Origin: a virus
Lineage: Duplodnaviria; Caudoviricetes
IMG/VR virus record: IMGVR_UViG_3300006123_000043
Location: 1-28,888 of that record
Reading direction: 5' to 3' (one strand)
DNA: 28,888 bases
Shown here: one piece after another, positions 6,926 to 15,950 of the stretch
Numbering within the stretch: the first letter of the stretch is position 1
Layout of the letters: every line of letters starts with the position of its first letter
Notes under the pieces: generated by a model
Told to the model about the DNA's origin: nothing
Databases searched by the model: none
The model's input: the letters and a program-made list of their open reading frames with translations, nothing else
Translations under genes and position numbers: made by a program

Positions 6926-7881
6926 TATTTTTGACATTCTTAACGGCACTAGCATTGTCTGCCGTATCAGCATACTTCTCTGTGGTCGGTATGGCATCAA
7001 TTTTCCCTGGTGCTTACTGGCCTATTATTCTTATGTTCTCCATTATTGAGGTTGCTAAAGTAGTAACTATATCATGGACGTATCGTAATTGGGACAATGC
7101 ACCACACACTTTGAAATATCCTTTCATTTGTGGTGTTGTTGTGTTGATGATGTTCACTTCAATGGGTATCTTTGGTTTCTTATCAAAGGCTCATTTGGAA
7201 CATTCTGCTGATGTAGGACCTATTGTCGATAAGGTGGCATTAATTGATGAGAAGATTAGAATTGAGAAGGACAATATAAATGAATATCGTAAGAATATCA
7301 AACAGCTTGATGATACAGTTGACCAAATCATGGGCCGTTCAGACTCGGAAAGGGGAGCGGAGAATTCGTATAGAATACGCAAAACCCAATCGAAAGAACG
7401 TAATGAGTTGGCTTCGAATATCGAGTCATCGCAGAAGCATCTCAACCAACTTAATGAAGAAAAGGCTCCGTATTCTAATCAATTGCGGAAAGCTGAATCC
7501 GATTTTGGCCCAATCAAATACGTGGCGGAACTAATCTACGGTTCGGACGATAGAAGTATTATTGATAAGGCAGTTCGATTATTGATTATAATGATTGTAT
7601 CTGTGTTTGATCCATTGGCAGTATTGTTATTGATAGCAGCTAACTATTCTTTACACCGAGAAGTAGAAACAAAGAAAGCCGAACCGGCAGTAAAGTCTAC
7701 ACCTATAGCCGACACACCTGATATTCCAGTTTTCATTACACCTAACGTTGCAGAACCACCACAATGGAAGACAACAATAGAAGTGCCAAAAGATAACATA
7801 GCAACTATTGCACCAGGAGTAGCTGCAACTACATATGATTATGATGAACCATTTGCATTTAAACCAAAGGATAAACAATGA
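6922..7881 (+). CDS. Membrane protein: three N-terminal TM helices, coiled coil, further TM helix
   Basis: ATGA overlap with the gp43 stop gives start 6922 (MIFLTFLTALALSAVSAYFSVVG); hydrophobic segments flank a heptad-rich region. Confidence 0.85.
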   Translation: MIFLTFLTALALSAVSAYFSVVGMASIFPGAYWPIILMFSIIEVAKVVTISWTYRNWDNAPHTLKYPFICGVVVLMMFTSMGIFGFLSKAHLEHSADVGPIVDKVALIDEKIRIEKDNINEYRKNIKQLDDTVDQIMGRSDSERGAENSYRIRKTQSKERNELASNIESSQKHLNQLNEEKAPYSNQLRKAESDFGPIKYVAELIYGSDDRSIIDKAVRLLIIMIVSVFDPLAVLLLIAANYSLHREVETKKAEPAVKSTPIADTPDIPVFITPNVAEPPQWKTTIEVPKDNIATIAPGVAATTYDYDEPFAFKPKDKQ

Positions 7882-8945
7882 GTATATTAGATAAAATTAA
7901 AAAGAATAGTAGCATCAAAGAATCTGCTATTCTATCCAAATCAAAGTTCTTCACCGAGAAGGACATGATACCAACGGCAATTCCAATCATCAATGTGGCA
8001 TTGTCTGGTAAATTAGATGGTGGTCTTACACCAGGTCTTACAATGTGGGCAGGTCCATCAAAACACTTTAAGACTGCTTTTTCACTTTTGATGGCAAAAT
8101 CTTACTTGGACAAATATGAAGATGCGGCTCTCTTATTCTATGACAGCGAGTTTGGAACTCCTCAGTCTTACTTTGATTCGTTTGGCATTGACACTAACCG
8201 TGTTCTACATACACCACTTACTGACATTGAACAGTTAAAGTTTGATGTGATGCAACAGTTAACACAGTTGGATCGTAAAGATAAATTAATCATTATCATT
8301 GATTCAATCGGTAACTTGGCATCTAAGAAAGAAGTTGATGATGCACTAGAAGGCAAATCTGTGGCTGATATGTCGAGAGCCAAACAAGTCAAATCATTGT
8401 TTAGAATGGTAACACCCCACCTTACAATGAAAGATATACCAATGATTGTTGTCAACCACACATACAAAGAGATTGGTATGTTCCCTAAAGATATTGTTGG
8501 TGGTGGCACAGGTTCATATTACTCTGCCGACAATATCTTTATTCTCGGTAGACAACAAGAGAAAGAAGGTACTGAAGTTGTTGGTTACAATTTCATTATC
8601 AATGTAGAAAAGAGTCGTTATGTCAAAGAGAAATCTAAAATACCTGTTACTGTTTCTTTTGATGGAGGCATTAGCAAGTGGTCTGGTCTTCTTGATATTG
8701 CGTTGGATTCAGGTCATGTAGTTAAACCTGCCAATGGTTGGTACTCACGTACTGATGATGATGGTGTTGTTGAAGAAAAGAAATACCGTATCAAAGAAAC
8801 TGATACCAAAGAATTCTGGATGCCAATTCTTAAGAAGAAATCTTTCCAAGACCATATCGAACACAAATACCGTATTGCTTCTGGTAATATCATGCAAGGT
8901 GATATTGATGAGGCTTTTGAAATTGAAACAAGTAATGGTGTATAA
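7878..8945 (+). CDS. uvsX: RecA-like recombinase UvsX
   Basis: AGPSKHFKT Walker A variant, FYDSEFG, IIIDSIGNLASKKE, VVNHTY. Confidence 0.97.
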   Translation: MSILDKIKKNSSIKESAILSKSKFFTEKDMIPTAIPIINVALSGKLDGGLTPGLTMWAGPSKHFKTAFSLLMAKSYLDKYEDAALLFYDSEFGTPQSYFDSFGIDTNRVLHTPLTDIEQLKFDVMQQLTQLDRKDKLIIIIDSIGNLASKKEVDDALEGKSVADMSRAKQVKSLFRMVTPHLTMKDIPMIVVNHTYKEIGMFPKDIVGGGTGSYYSADNIFILGRQQEKEGTEVVGYNFIINVEKSRYVKEKSKIPVTVSFDGGISKWSGLLDIALDSGHVVKPANGWYSRTDDDGVVEEKKYRIKETDTKEFWMPILKKKSFQDHIEHKYRIASGNIMQGDIDEAFEIETSNGV

Positions 8946-9340
8946 TGATTGATTGTATGGTTTTAGGTGATAGCATTGCGGTCGGAACCCAAATGTTCCG
9001 ACCCGAATGTGTTGCATACGCTAAAGGTGGTTGGAATTCTTGGCAATGGAAGAAAGACTATCTTCAAAATGATTTGACTGCCAATACAGTTATCATTAGC
9101 CTTGGTTCTAACGACCACAAAGGTGTTAAGACTAGGAAAGAACTGGAAATCATACGAGATAAGGTCAAAAGTAGTAGAGTGTTTTGGATTCTACCGGCAA
9201 TCAAACCTAACATCCAACAAATCGTAAAAGAGATTGCTGAAGAACATGGTGACACAGTTCTACCAATAACACAATTACAGCCTGATGGTGTACATCCTAG
9301 TTGGGCTGGTTACAAACAATTGGCAAGAGAAACAAGATGA
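8945..9340 (+). CDS. Minimal SGNH/GDSL hydrolase
   Basis: Block I VLGDSIA, block III ISLGSND, block V DGVHP. Confidence 0.85.
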   Translation: MIDCMVLGDSIAVGTQMFRPECVAYAKGGWNSWQWKKDYLQNDLTANTVIISLGSNDHKGVKTRKELEIIRDKVKSSRVFWILPAIKPNIQQIVKEIAEEHGDTVLPITQLQPDGVHPSWAGYKQLARETR

Positions 9341-9657
9341 TTGAAGGAATAGATTATGAGTTTATATTTCCTGAAGGAAGTAAAACCGAAACGCACATCA
9401 AATTGATTACAGGTAAATATAAAGATACGGTATTTAAATATGGCAAAGTGAAACTCCTGGAACATAATGACGGGCCCCATTTACATTTTGCTTTTGATGT
9501 GATACAATCTCCAGTGATGAAGCCTAAGAAACTTCAAAAAGATGAGGAGTTTACAAAATATTTGTTTGAACTCCTCTTAGAACTTATGGCTGATAGTGAC
9601 GAGGAAATAATTGATGAAACTGGAACAGACGATATTAAAGAACCTAATTTACAATGA
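9337..9657 (+). CDS. Small protein in the syntenic position of T4 gp40
   Basis: ATGA-coupled start at 9337; lies between uvsX and gp41; function inferred from synteny only. Confidence 0.65.
   Translation: MIEGIDYEFIFPEGSKTETHIKLITGKYKDTVFKYGKVKLLEHNDGPHLHFAFDVIQSPVMKPKKLQKDEEFTKYLFELLLELMADSDEEIIDETGTDDIKEPNLQ
9480..9508 (+). promoter_or_regulatory. Internal sigma70-type promoter upstream of gp41
   Basis: TTTACA-N17-TACAAT with extended -10 TGn. Confidence 0.5.
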
Positions 9658-10978
9658 AGACTATTTACGCAAGGTTCTCCCCTTCATTAAAGATGAATAC
9701 TTCACCGACAAAACTGAAAGGATGTTATTCACCGAAATCTCTGAATTTGTTTCGAGATATAACACTACACCAACGATTGAAGCAATTGGATTGGCCGTCA
9801 AAGAAAGGCGAAATCTTTCAGATGACGAAGTGGAAAAGTCCGAATCTTATTTACAAGAGATTGCATTGGCTAAGGGAGAAGAATCCAAGATTCAATGGCT
9901 TATTGAAAAGTCGGAAGCCTTTTGTCAAGAGAGGGCAATCTACAATGCAGTACTGGGCTCTATTAGCATTTTGGACGGTAAGGATAAAACCCACGATAAG
10001 GGTCAGATTCCCAAGATATTATCGGACGCTTTGGCGGTAACATTCGATAGTTCTGTTGGCCATGATTACTTAGAAAATAGTGATGAACGATATGAATTCT
10101 ACCACAGACATGAAGAAAGAATTCCTTTTGACTTGGACTTCTTTAACAAGATTACAAAAGGTGGTCTTCCTTCCAAAACTCTTAATATCGCTCTTGCTGG
10201 TACCGGTGTTGGTAAGTCCCTTTTTATGTGTCATTGTGCCGCTGGAGCTATGTCGTTGGGTAGAAATGTTCTTTACATCACTATGGAAATGGCTGAAGAA
10301 CGTATTGCGGAAAGAATAGATGCGAACCTATTAAATGTGACCGTTGATGATTTGAATTCTTTACCAAAAGATATGTATGACAAGAAGATTGCCAAGATGA
10401 AAGAGAAGACAACTGGCAAATTGATTATCAAAGAATATCCAACTGCCTCGGCTTCTGCAACTCACTTTAGGACATTATTAAATGAGCTCAATCTCAAAAG
10501 GTCGTTTACACCTGATATTATTTTCATTGACTATCTCAATATTTGCTGTAGTTCTCGTATCAAGGCCGGAGCCAATGTCAACTCCTACACCTACGTCAAA
10601 TCCATTGCAGAAGAATTGCGAGGTCTTGCCGTTGAATTCGGAGTACCAATTGTTTCTGCTACACAAACAACACGGTCAGGATATGGTAGTTCAGATCCAG
10701 GACTCGAAGACACGAGTGAGTCTTTTGGTTTGCCAGCTACAGCCGACTTGATGTTTGCTTTGATTACAAGTGAAGAACTAGAAGAACTTGGCCAACTGAT
10801 GGTCAAACAATTGAAGAATAGATATTCTGATCCAACCACCCATAAAAGATTCGTTATCGGTATTGACCGTGCAAAAATGAGACTTTATGATGTTGAACAA
10901 ACAGGACAAGATGGACTAGCCGATGCAGGCCAACCTTCACAGAAACCTAAAAAGAATTTTGATGGATTTAAAGTATGA
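9614..10978 (+). CDS. 41: Replicative DnaB-like helicase (T4 gp41-like)
   Basis: LAGTGVGKSL Walker A, YITMEMAEE, IFIDYLNI, SATQTTR, SESFGLPATAD, QLKNRY; GAGGA RBS. Confidence 0.97.
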   Translation: MKLEQTILKNLIYNEDYLRKVLPFIKDEYFTDKTERMLFTEISEFVSRYNTTPTIEAIGLAVKERRNLSDDEVEKSESYLQEIALAKGEESKIQWLIEKSEAFCQERAIYNAVLGSISILDGKDKTHDKGQIPKILSDALAVTFDSSVGHDYLENSDERYEFYHRHEERIPFDLDFFNKITKGGLPSKTLNIALAGTGVGKSLFMCHCAAGAMSLGRNVLYITMEMAEERIAERIDANLLNVTVDDLNSLPKDMYDKKIAKMKEKTTGKLIIKEYPTASASATHFRTLLNELNLKRSFTPDIIFIDYLNICCSSRIKAGANVNSYTYVKSIAEELRGLAVEFGVPIVSATQTTRSGYGSSDPGLEDTSESFGLPATADLMFALITSEELEELGQLMVKQLKNRYSDPTTHKRFVIGIDRAKMRLYDVEQTGQDGLADAGQPSQKPKKNFDGFKV

Positions 10979-12084
10979 AACTAACTAGAGAAGAAGCACT
11001 TTATTGTGCTAATGCCTTCCATGAATATTTTGCCGATATCGGTGATATTGAAGAATATATGAGAGAGGAGAAGTTGAAAGCAGTCAAAGATATTCCTTTT
11101 TCATTGTTTCCTCCCGAAGATGATTTATTCTCCGATTTCTCTATGCACCCAAATGATATGGACATTGAAGTTTGTGAGATACCTAATGATACCTGGGAAA
11201 CTTTGTTAGCCATAACATCATCACACGTTAACAAATCTCCTGTTGGTAAGAATATTCAATTGGCTGTTAGAGAAAAGAATACTCAAAAGATTCTAGGATT
11301 CATCCGTCTCGGTTCACCAGTAATCTATATGAAACCAAGAAACGAATTGCTTGGACAGGTTTGGATTCAGAATCCTGATACGGCCAAACGATTCAATGAA
11401 TCTACTATAATGGGTTTTGTTATTGTACCGGCACAACCGTTTGGTTTTAATTATCTTGGTGGTAAATTGCTTTCTGGTATTTGTACTTCACATACAGTCC
11501 GTGAAATTGTCAATAAGAAATATGGTGCCAATATTTGTTTATTTGAAACCACCAGTTTATATGGTACGGCTAAGACCGTATCTCAATATGATGGTATGAA
11601 ACCATTTATTCGTTTCAGAGGTCTAACAGAATCGGATATGGTGCCAATGATGCACGGTGAAAGATATAATACTCTGAAAGATTATGTTGAAAGCCGAGTT
11701 GGTGATTTGTTACAAGGTGATACATCCACAACCAGTAGAAAACTAAGGTCTTTTACTAAGATTATTGCTATGACTAAAGCCGCTTTGAAAGGTACCAAAG
11801 AAGGTGATGATTTTAACACTACAATTGAAAATGCTAAAAACTTGACCGAGAAGAAAAGATATTACACATCCGATTATGGTTATAGTAACATGGTTGATTA
11901 CATGGCCTGTAAGACCGATAAACTAATACCAGGTGAGAACTATGAAAAGCATGAACTAGAAAACATTATCAAATGGTGGAAGAACAAGGCAATAAATAGA
12001 TACGAAACCCTTAAGACAGAGGGTAGACTAAGAACCGAACTAGAAGTTTGGACATCAGGTAAAGAAATACAAATCATTAGGTAA
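10975..12084 (+). CDS. DUF4338 (DruA-like)/Mom-like GNAT-fold protein, putative DNA-modifying enzyme
   Basis: ILGFIRLGSP, VPAQPFGFNYLGGKLL, FETTSLYG, SQYDG...GLT resemble DUF4338 motifs as recalled; ATGA-coupled to gp41. Confidence 0.65.
   Translation: MKLTREEALYCANAFHEYFADIGDIEEYMREEKLKAVKDIPFSLFPPEDDLFSDFSMHPNDMDIEVCEIPNDTWETLLAITSSHVNKSPVGKNIQLAVREKNTQKILGFIRLGSPVIYMKPRNELLGQVWIQNPDTAKRFNESTIMGFVIVPAQPFGFNYLGGKLLSGICTSHTVREIVNKKYGANICLFETTSLYGTAKTVSQYDGMKPFIRFRGLTESDMVPMMHGERYNTLKDYVESRVGDLLQGDTSTTSRKLRSFTKIIAMTKAALKGTKEGDDFNTTIENAKNLTEKKRYYTSDYGYSNMVDYMACKTDKLIPGENYEKHELENIIKWWKNKAINRYETLKTEGRLRTELEVWTSGKEIQIIR
11992..11998 (+). promoter_or_regulatory. Possible late promoter ATAAATA upstream of the nuclease gene
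   Basis: TAAATA core ~90 nt before ATG 12087; could be chance in AT-rich DNA. Confidence 0.35.
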
Positions 12085-12086
12085 AA

Positions 12087-12818
12087 ATGAGTACAGCTTC
12101 AGATAAATTTGAAATTGATGTTGCCAAGGAAATTGATAAGATTCCTGGCGTAAAAGCAACTCGACCTTCCGTTAGTGTTGAATATTCGGATGTATTGATA
12201 TCAAAATATAATAACAAACCAGTCAAAGAATGGGTTGAAGTTAAGATGTCACACTCCGACAATTTATCTAATCCAAGAGTTTTCTATGATGGTGGAAAAT
12301 GGCAGACAACATATAAGACACCAGCCGCTAAAGCCGCTATTGAAATCTTAAACAAATCACCTGAAGCTAAAAAGTTTATTGATAGTATCTCAAAGTTTAC
12401 TGGTATTCCTAAAAAAGATATAAAGATACCAACAACAAAAGGTGGACTAAAAGAACCTGGTGCTGTACCACTTAATATTATGAAACAATATTTTGACCAA
12501 CCAGGTATCAATAGATATATTGCAAATGAAGAAAATTATGATATGGGTAAGTTAGTAACAGAACATTACACCGAAGGTAAAAAAGAACCTGCTTATTATA
12601 TGCAAGCAGGTGATGATTTTTATCGAATATCAAATAAAAATCCATTAAAACTAGATATGAAGATACCTCTATTGAAAGGTATTGGAGATTTTAAAGTACG
12701 TGTTGCTACTAGGTCTGAATTTTATGAAGTTCAAGCTGAATTGAAAATAAAGAAGATGCCTGATAGTGACTTTTCTATATCACCTAAAACCAAAAAGAAA
12801 AATCCTTTCTTAGCATAA
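12087..12818 (+). CDS. Putative PD-(D/E)XK restriction-endonuclease-like nuclease
   Basis: KFEIDVAKEI helix, YSDVLI, WVEVKMS give the E...D...ExK arrangement. Confidence 0.6.
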   Translation: MSTASDKFEIDVAKEIDKIPGVKATRPSVSVEYSDVLISKYNNKPVKEWVEVKMSHSDNLSNPRVFYDGGKWQTTYKTPAAKAAIEILNKSPEAKKFIDSISKFTGIPKKDIKIPTTKGGLKEPGAVPLNIMKQYFDQPGINRYIANEENYDMGKLVTEHYTEGKKEPAYYMQAGDDFYRISNKNPLKLDMKIPLLKGIGDFKVRVATRSEFYEVQAELKIKKMPDSDFSISPKTKKKNPFLA

Positions 12819-12819
12819 T

Positions 12820-13104
12820 ATGGCACTAACAGACTTCCAAAAAATACTTGATGAGTATAAAGTAACCGAAAATGATTTTGGTTTTTCTGCTGTTTCCGAA
12901 GAAGAATACAATGCAAGAATTTCTGATGCATCTTCTTTGACAGCCGAACAATACAAAGATAGATTATTGAAACTAGAAAAGATAATCATACCTTTCCTAC
13001 AGAAACTACATAGTACATCCGAACAAGAATATATTTACTGGCCAAATCGTAAAGATATACTTGAGAAGGAAATGAAAAGAATATTAGAACTGACTAGAGG
13101 ATAA
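12820..13104 (+). CDS. Conserved hypothetical phage protein
   Basis: 94-aa ORF tightly packed in the operon; DFGFSAV and EYIYWPNR motifs. Confidence 0.8.
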   Translation: MALTDFQKILDEYKVTENDFGFSAVSEEEYNARISDASSLTAEQYKDRLLKLEKIIIPFLQKLHSTSEQEYIYWPNRKDILEKEMKRILELTRG

Positions 13105-13105
13105 T

Positions 13106-13816
13106 ATGAGCGCAACGGTGATTATACCAACGACTGGTGCCAGTACGTTGAGAGATGCTATTGAATCTGTATTAAAACAATCATATAAAGATACCACTTG
13201 TTATGTGGTTTGTGATGGTGAGGAATATAGAAGCAAAGTTAAATTAATCTTAGATGATTATCCTGAAGTAAAAGATTGTTACCTACCAATCAATGTTGGT
13301 GCCAAAGGTTTCTATGGCCATAGAGTATATGCAGCCTTCACACATCTAGTGAACACCGATTATGTGCTATATCTTGACCAGGACAACTGGTTTTACGATA
13401 AACACGTTGAGTACTGTGTAGACACCATTCAGCGTAGAGACTTAGATTGGTGTTATTCCTTAAGACAAATACATGACAAATATGGCGCCTTTCAAACCTT
13501 TGATGATTGTGAATCTTTAGGTAAATGGCAAACATACCATGGAATTAACCACATAGATACAAATTGTTATTGCCTTAAGACTAAAACTGCGATACAATTA
13601 GCACAAGTGTGGCATGGAGGTTGGGGACAAGACAGAGTATTCTTAGGTGCAATATCTCAATACTTCCCAAAATTTGATTGTTCAAATGAATATAGTGTTC
13701 ATTACCGCCTTGATGGCAACAAAGGTTCAGTAACAAAAGAATTCTTTGAACACGGTAATGAAGTGATGTTTAAAAAATATAATGGAGTTTACCCATGGAG
13801 AAAAAAGACCTTGTAA
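13106..13816 (+). CDS. Glycosyltransferase family 2 (GT-A)
   Basis: ATVIIPT, AIESVLKQSY, VVCDG, YLDQDN (DxD). Confidence 0.9.
   Translation: MSATVIIPTTGASTLRDAIESVLKQSYKDTTCYVVCDGEEYRSKVKLILDDYPEVKDCYLPINVGAKGFYGHRVYAAFTHLVNTDYVLYLDQDNWFYDKHVEYCVDTIQRRDLDWCYSLRQIHDKYGAFQTFDDCESLGKWQTYHGINHIDTNCYCLKTKTAIQLAQVWHGGWGQDRVFLGAISQYFPKFDCSNEYSVHYRLDGNKGSVTKEFFEHGNEVMFKKYNGVYPWRKKTL
13570..13598 (+). promoter_or_regulatory. Possible internal sigma70-type promoter
   Basis: TTGCCT-N17-TACAAT inside the GT2 gene. Confidence 0.35.
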
Positions 13817-14667
13817 TAGGCGGCTGTACGAACTACGGCATCAATGAATTAAAACCTTGGGTACTTTCAGTCAATGAATGTATGCCTGAGGCAGACAAGG
13901 TGATGTGTGTTGGTAATGCCACACAAGAAACAAGAGACTGGTTGGTTGCAAACAATTTTAGGATTGTTGATATGCCACAGGCTCAAATTCCAATCCACGT
14001 ATTAAGATTCCTATCAATCTATAATTTCCTAAAAGATAATTGGGAAGATTATCGTTATGTGGTAACTACAGACGTAAAAGATGTATTCTTCCAGTATTCA
14101 CCATTTACATGGATGGAAAACCAATTCATCGGTAATACATTTATGTCCAGTCATAAATTAGTTTGTGGATCGGAAGGTTTGAAATACAAAGATGAACCTT
14201 GGGGTAATGAAAACTTAATGCAAGCTTATGGTCCATATGTACATGAGTTGTTTAAGGATAAAGAAATATATAATGTTGGTGTTCTTGGTGGAAGTGCTGA
14301 GTATGTAAAAGACTTAGTGTTCAACATTTTCACCAATGCGATTAATAGACCAATTGCAATTTGTGACCAAGCAGTATTCAATGTACTAATCAATACACAA
14401 CCATATTTTGATGTGGTGTTCTTTGCATGGAATAGACACGCATGGGCTTGTCAAGCAGGTACAATGGTCGATCCATCTAAGATTGAACAATTCAGACCAA
14501 ACCTATTAGAAGATGAACCTATATTTGATAATGGTGTTGTATGGACTGCTGACCGTGAAATGTATTGTATTGTACACCAATATGACCGTGTACCGGAATG
14601 GAAGAAGTTCGTTGAAGAAAAATATGGCCAACGAAAATCTGATGAATATATTACTATAAGGACTTAA
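13795..14667 (+). CDS. GT-A fold nucleotide-sugar transferase-like protein
   Basis: TTDVKDVFFQ, YNVGVLGG, DQAVFN, IVHQYDR. Confidence 0.7.
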   Translation: MEKKDLVIGGCTNYGINELKPWVLSVNECMPEADKVMCVGNATQETRDWLVANNFRIVDMPQAQIPIHVLRFLSIYNFLKDNWEDYRYVVTTDVKDVFFQYSPFTWMENQFIGNTFMSSHKLVCGSEGLKYKDEPWGNENLMQAYGPYVHELFKDKEIYNVGVLGGSAEYVKDLVFNIFTNAINRPIAICDQAVFNVLINTQPYFDVVFFAWNRHAWACQAGTMVDPSKIEQFRPNLLEDEPIFDNGVVWTADREMYCIVHQYDRVPEWKKFVEEKYGQRKSDEYITIRT

Positions 14668-15237
14668 ATGAAAACCCTAGTTGAAATTATTGATGAATTG
14701 GCTTTAGACAATAGAACCAACCTGACACATGGAACAGATAAAGAAGTACATAAGTATTGTAGCACATTCTATGATAAAGAATTTGAAAAGTATAGAGACG
14801 AACCAATTAAACTATTAGAAATTGGTTTATTCCGTGGAGGTTCTTTAATCTTATGGGAGAACTATTTTACCCATGAACAAACCGAAATTGTTGGTGTTGA
14901 TGTTACAAACTTTGGTGCTATGCAAATTGCAGAACAACTTAAGAGAACCAAAGTTATTATCAATGATGCTTACTCGGTCAACTTTGCCAATTTCTTGTCG
15001 AAGTTTGATATTATGATTGATGATGGTCCACATAGTGAAGAAAGTCAAATGAAATTCTTGGAGATTTATATACCAAGATTGAATGATGGTGGTGTAATGG
15101 TGATTGAAGATATCCAAGACATTGCTTCAACAGAAAAATTCAAAACCCTTGTTCCAGAAGGTTATACATATGAGATAGTTGATACGAGACACTTAGTTGA
15201 GTATCCTGATAATGTAATGTTTATAGTGAGAAAGTAA
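14668..15237 (+). CDS. Class I SAM-dependent methyltransferase (sugar O-methyltransferase-like)
   Basis: GTDK...H, LLEIGLFRGGS, FDIMIDDGPH, GGVMVIEDI. Confidence 0.85.
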   Translation: MKTLVEIIDELALDNRTNLTHGTDKEVHKYCSTFYDKEFEKYRDEPIKLLEIGLFRGGSLILWENYFTHEQTEIVGVDVTNFGAMQIAEQLKRTKVIINDAYSVNFANFLSKFDIMIDDGPHSEESQMKFLEIYIPRLNDGGVMVIEDIQDIASTEKFKTLVPEGYTYEIVDTRHLVEYPDNVMFIVRK

Positions 15238-15950
15238 TGAGTTTAGGATTTATACATTCAGCCTCAAATCAATTGAGGTCTGCTGAGTTTGTTATGCAGA
15301 ATGTCCGTCAACATTATCCGGACAGTAACTATATTGTTTTGGTGGACAAGGGTGCCGATTACTTACCTTTGGCAACCAAATACAATACAGAGATTCTATA
15401 TTCTCAATTGCAGAATGGTTATCCCGTTCAACCATACGGTTATCAAAAAGCACAAATATTAGAATTCTTAAAGAGAATGTATATTGGTTGCCTGAGATGC
15501 ACCGAAGAATATGTGATGATGATTGAAGAAGATAATGTGATATTAAAACCAATCACTATACCCGTAGGAACTATTGTGATGGGTTACAACACAATAGATG
15601 GTAATGACTACCCCCAAGAATTTGTAGACCTACTTGAATACTGGACTGGTAAAGAACCTAATTTTAAAAAGTATGGTTCGTGTGGCGGCACAATATTCCA
15701 TAGAGCAACTTTTATTGATGAATATTTTGCTATGGTTTATTTTGTAGAAACAAAATTAGACGAGATATTCAAATATTATCCTACAGCCGGTTGGATTGAT
15801 TGTTTTATGACATATCTATTCCAAGCAATGGGATACGATTATACACCAAATCCAAAATTATTTAACATACATCCCCGCCAGATGTTTGACCTAAGTAAAG
15901 TACCTGCTGATGCAGAATATGTAAACAACTTTAAGAATTATTATGATTGA
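15237..15950 (+). CDS. Putative glycosyltransferase (GT-A-like)
   Basis: IVLVDKG, YVMMIEEDN, CGGTIF; located inside the GT cassette. Confidence 0.55.
   Translation: MSLGFIHSASNQLRSAEFVMQNVRQHYPDSNYIVLVDKGADYLPLATKYNTEILYSQLQNGYPVQPYGYQKAQILEFLKRMYIGCLRCTEEYVMMIEEDNVILKPITIPVGTIVMGYNTIDGNDYPQEFVDLLEYWTGKEPNFKKYGSCGGTIFHRATFIDEYFAMVYFVETKLDEIFKYYPTAGWIDCFMTYLFQAMGYDYTPNPKLFNIHPRQMFDLSKVPADAEYVNNFKNYYD

Noticed and set aside
7191-7534. Slightly GC-richer stretch with alternative ORFs in the membrane-protein gene
   Set aside because: Alternative translations look unstructured, lack an RBS, and the bias is weaker than at 23208-23501.
9654-10040. 128-aa +1-frame ORF in gp41 starting at an ATGA overlap
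   Set aside because: Lies within a conserved helicase domain and has no recognisable protein features; likely chance.
4382-10978. Introns, inteins or a split in gp43, uvsX or gp41
   Set aside because: All are continuous ORFs of normal length.
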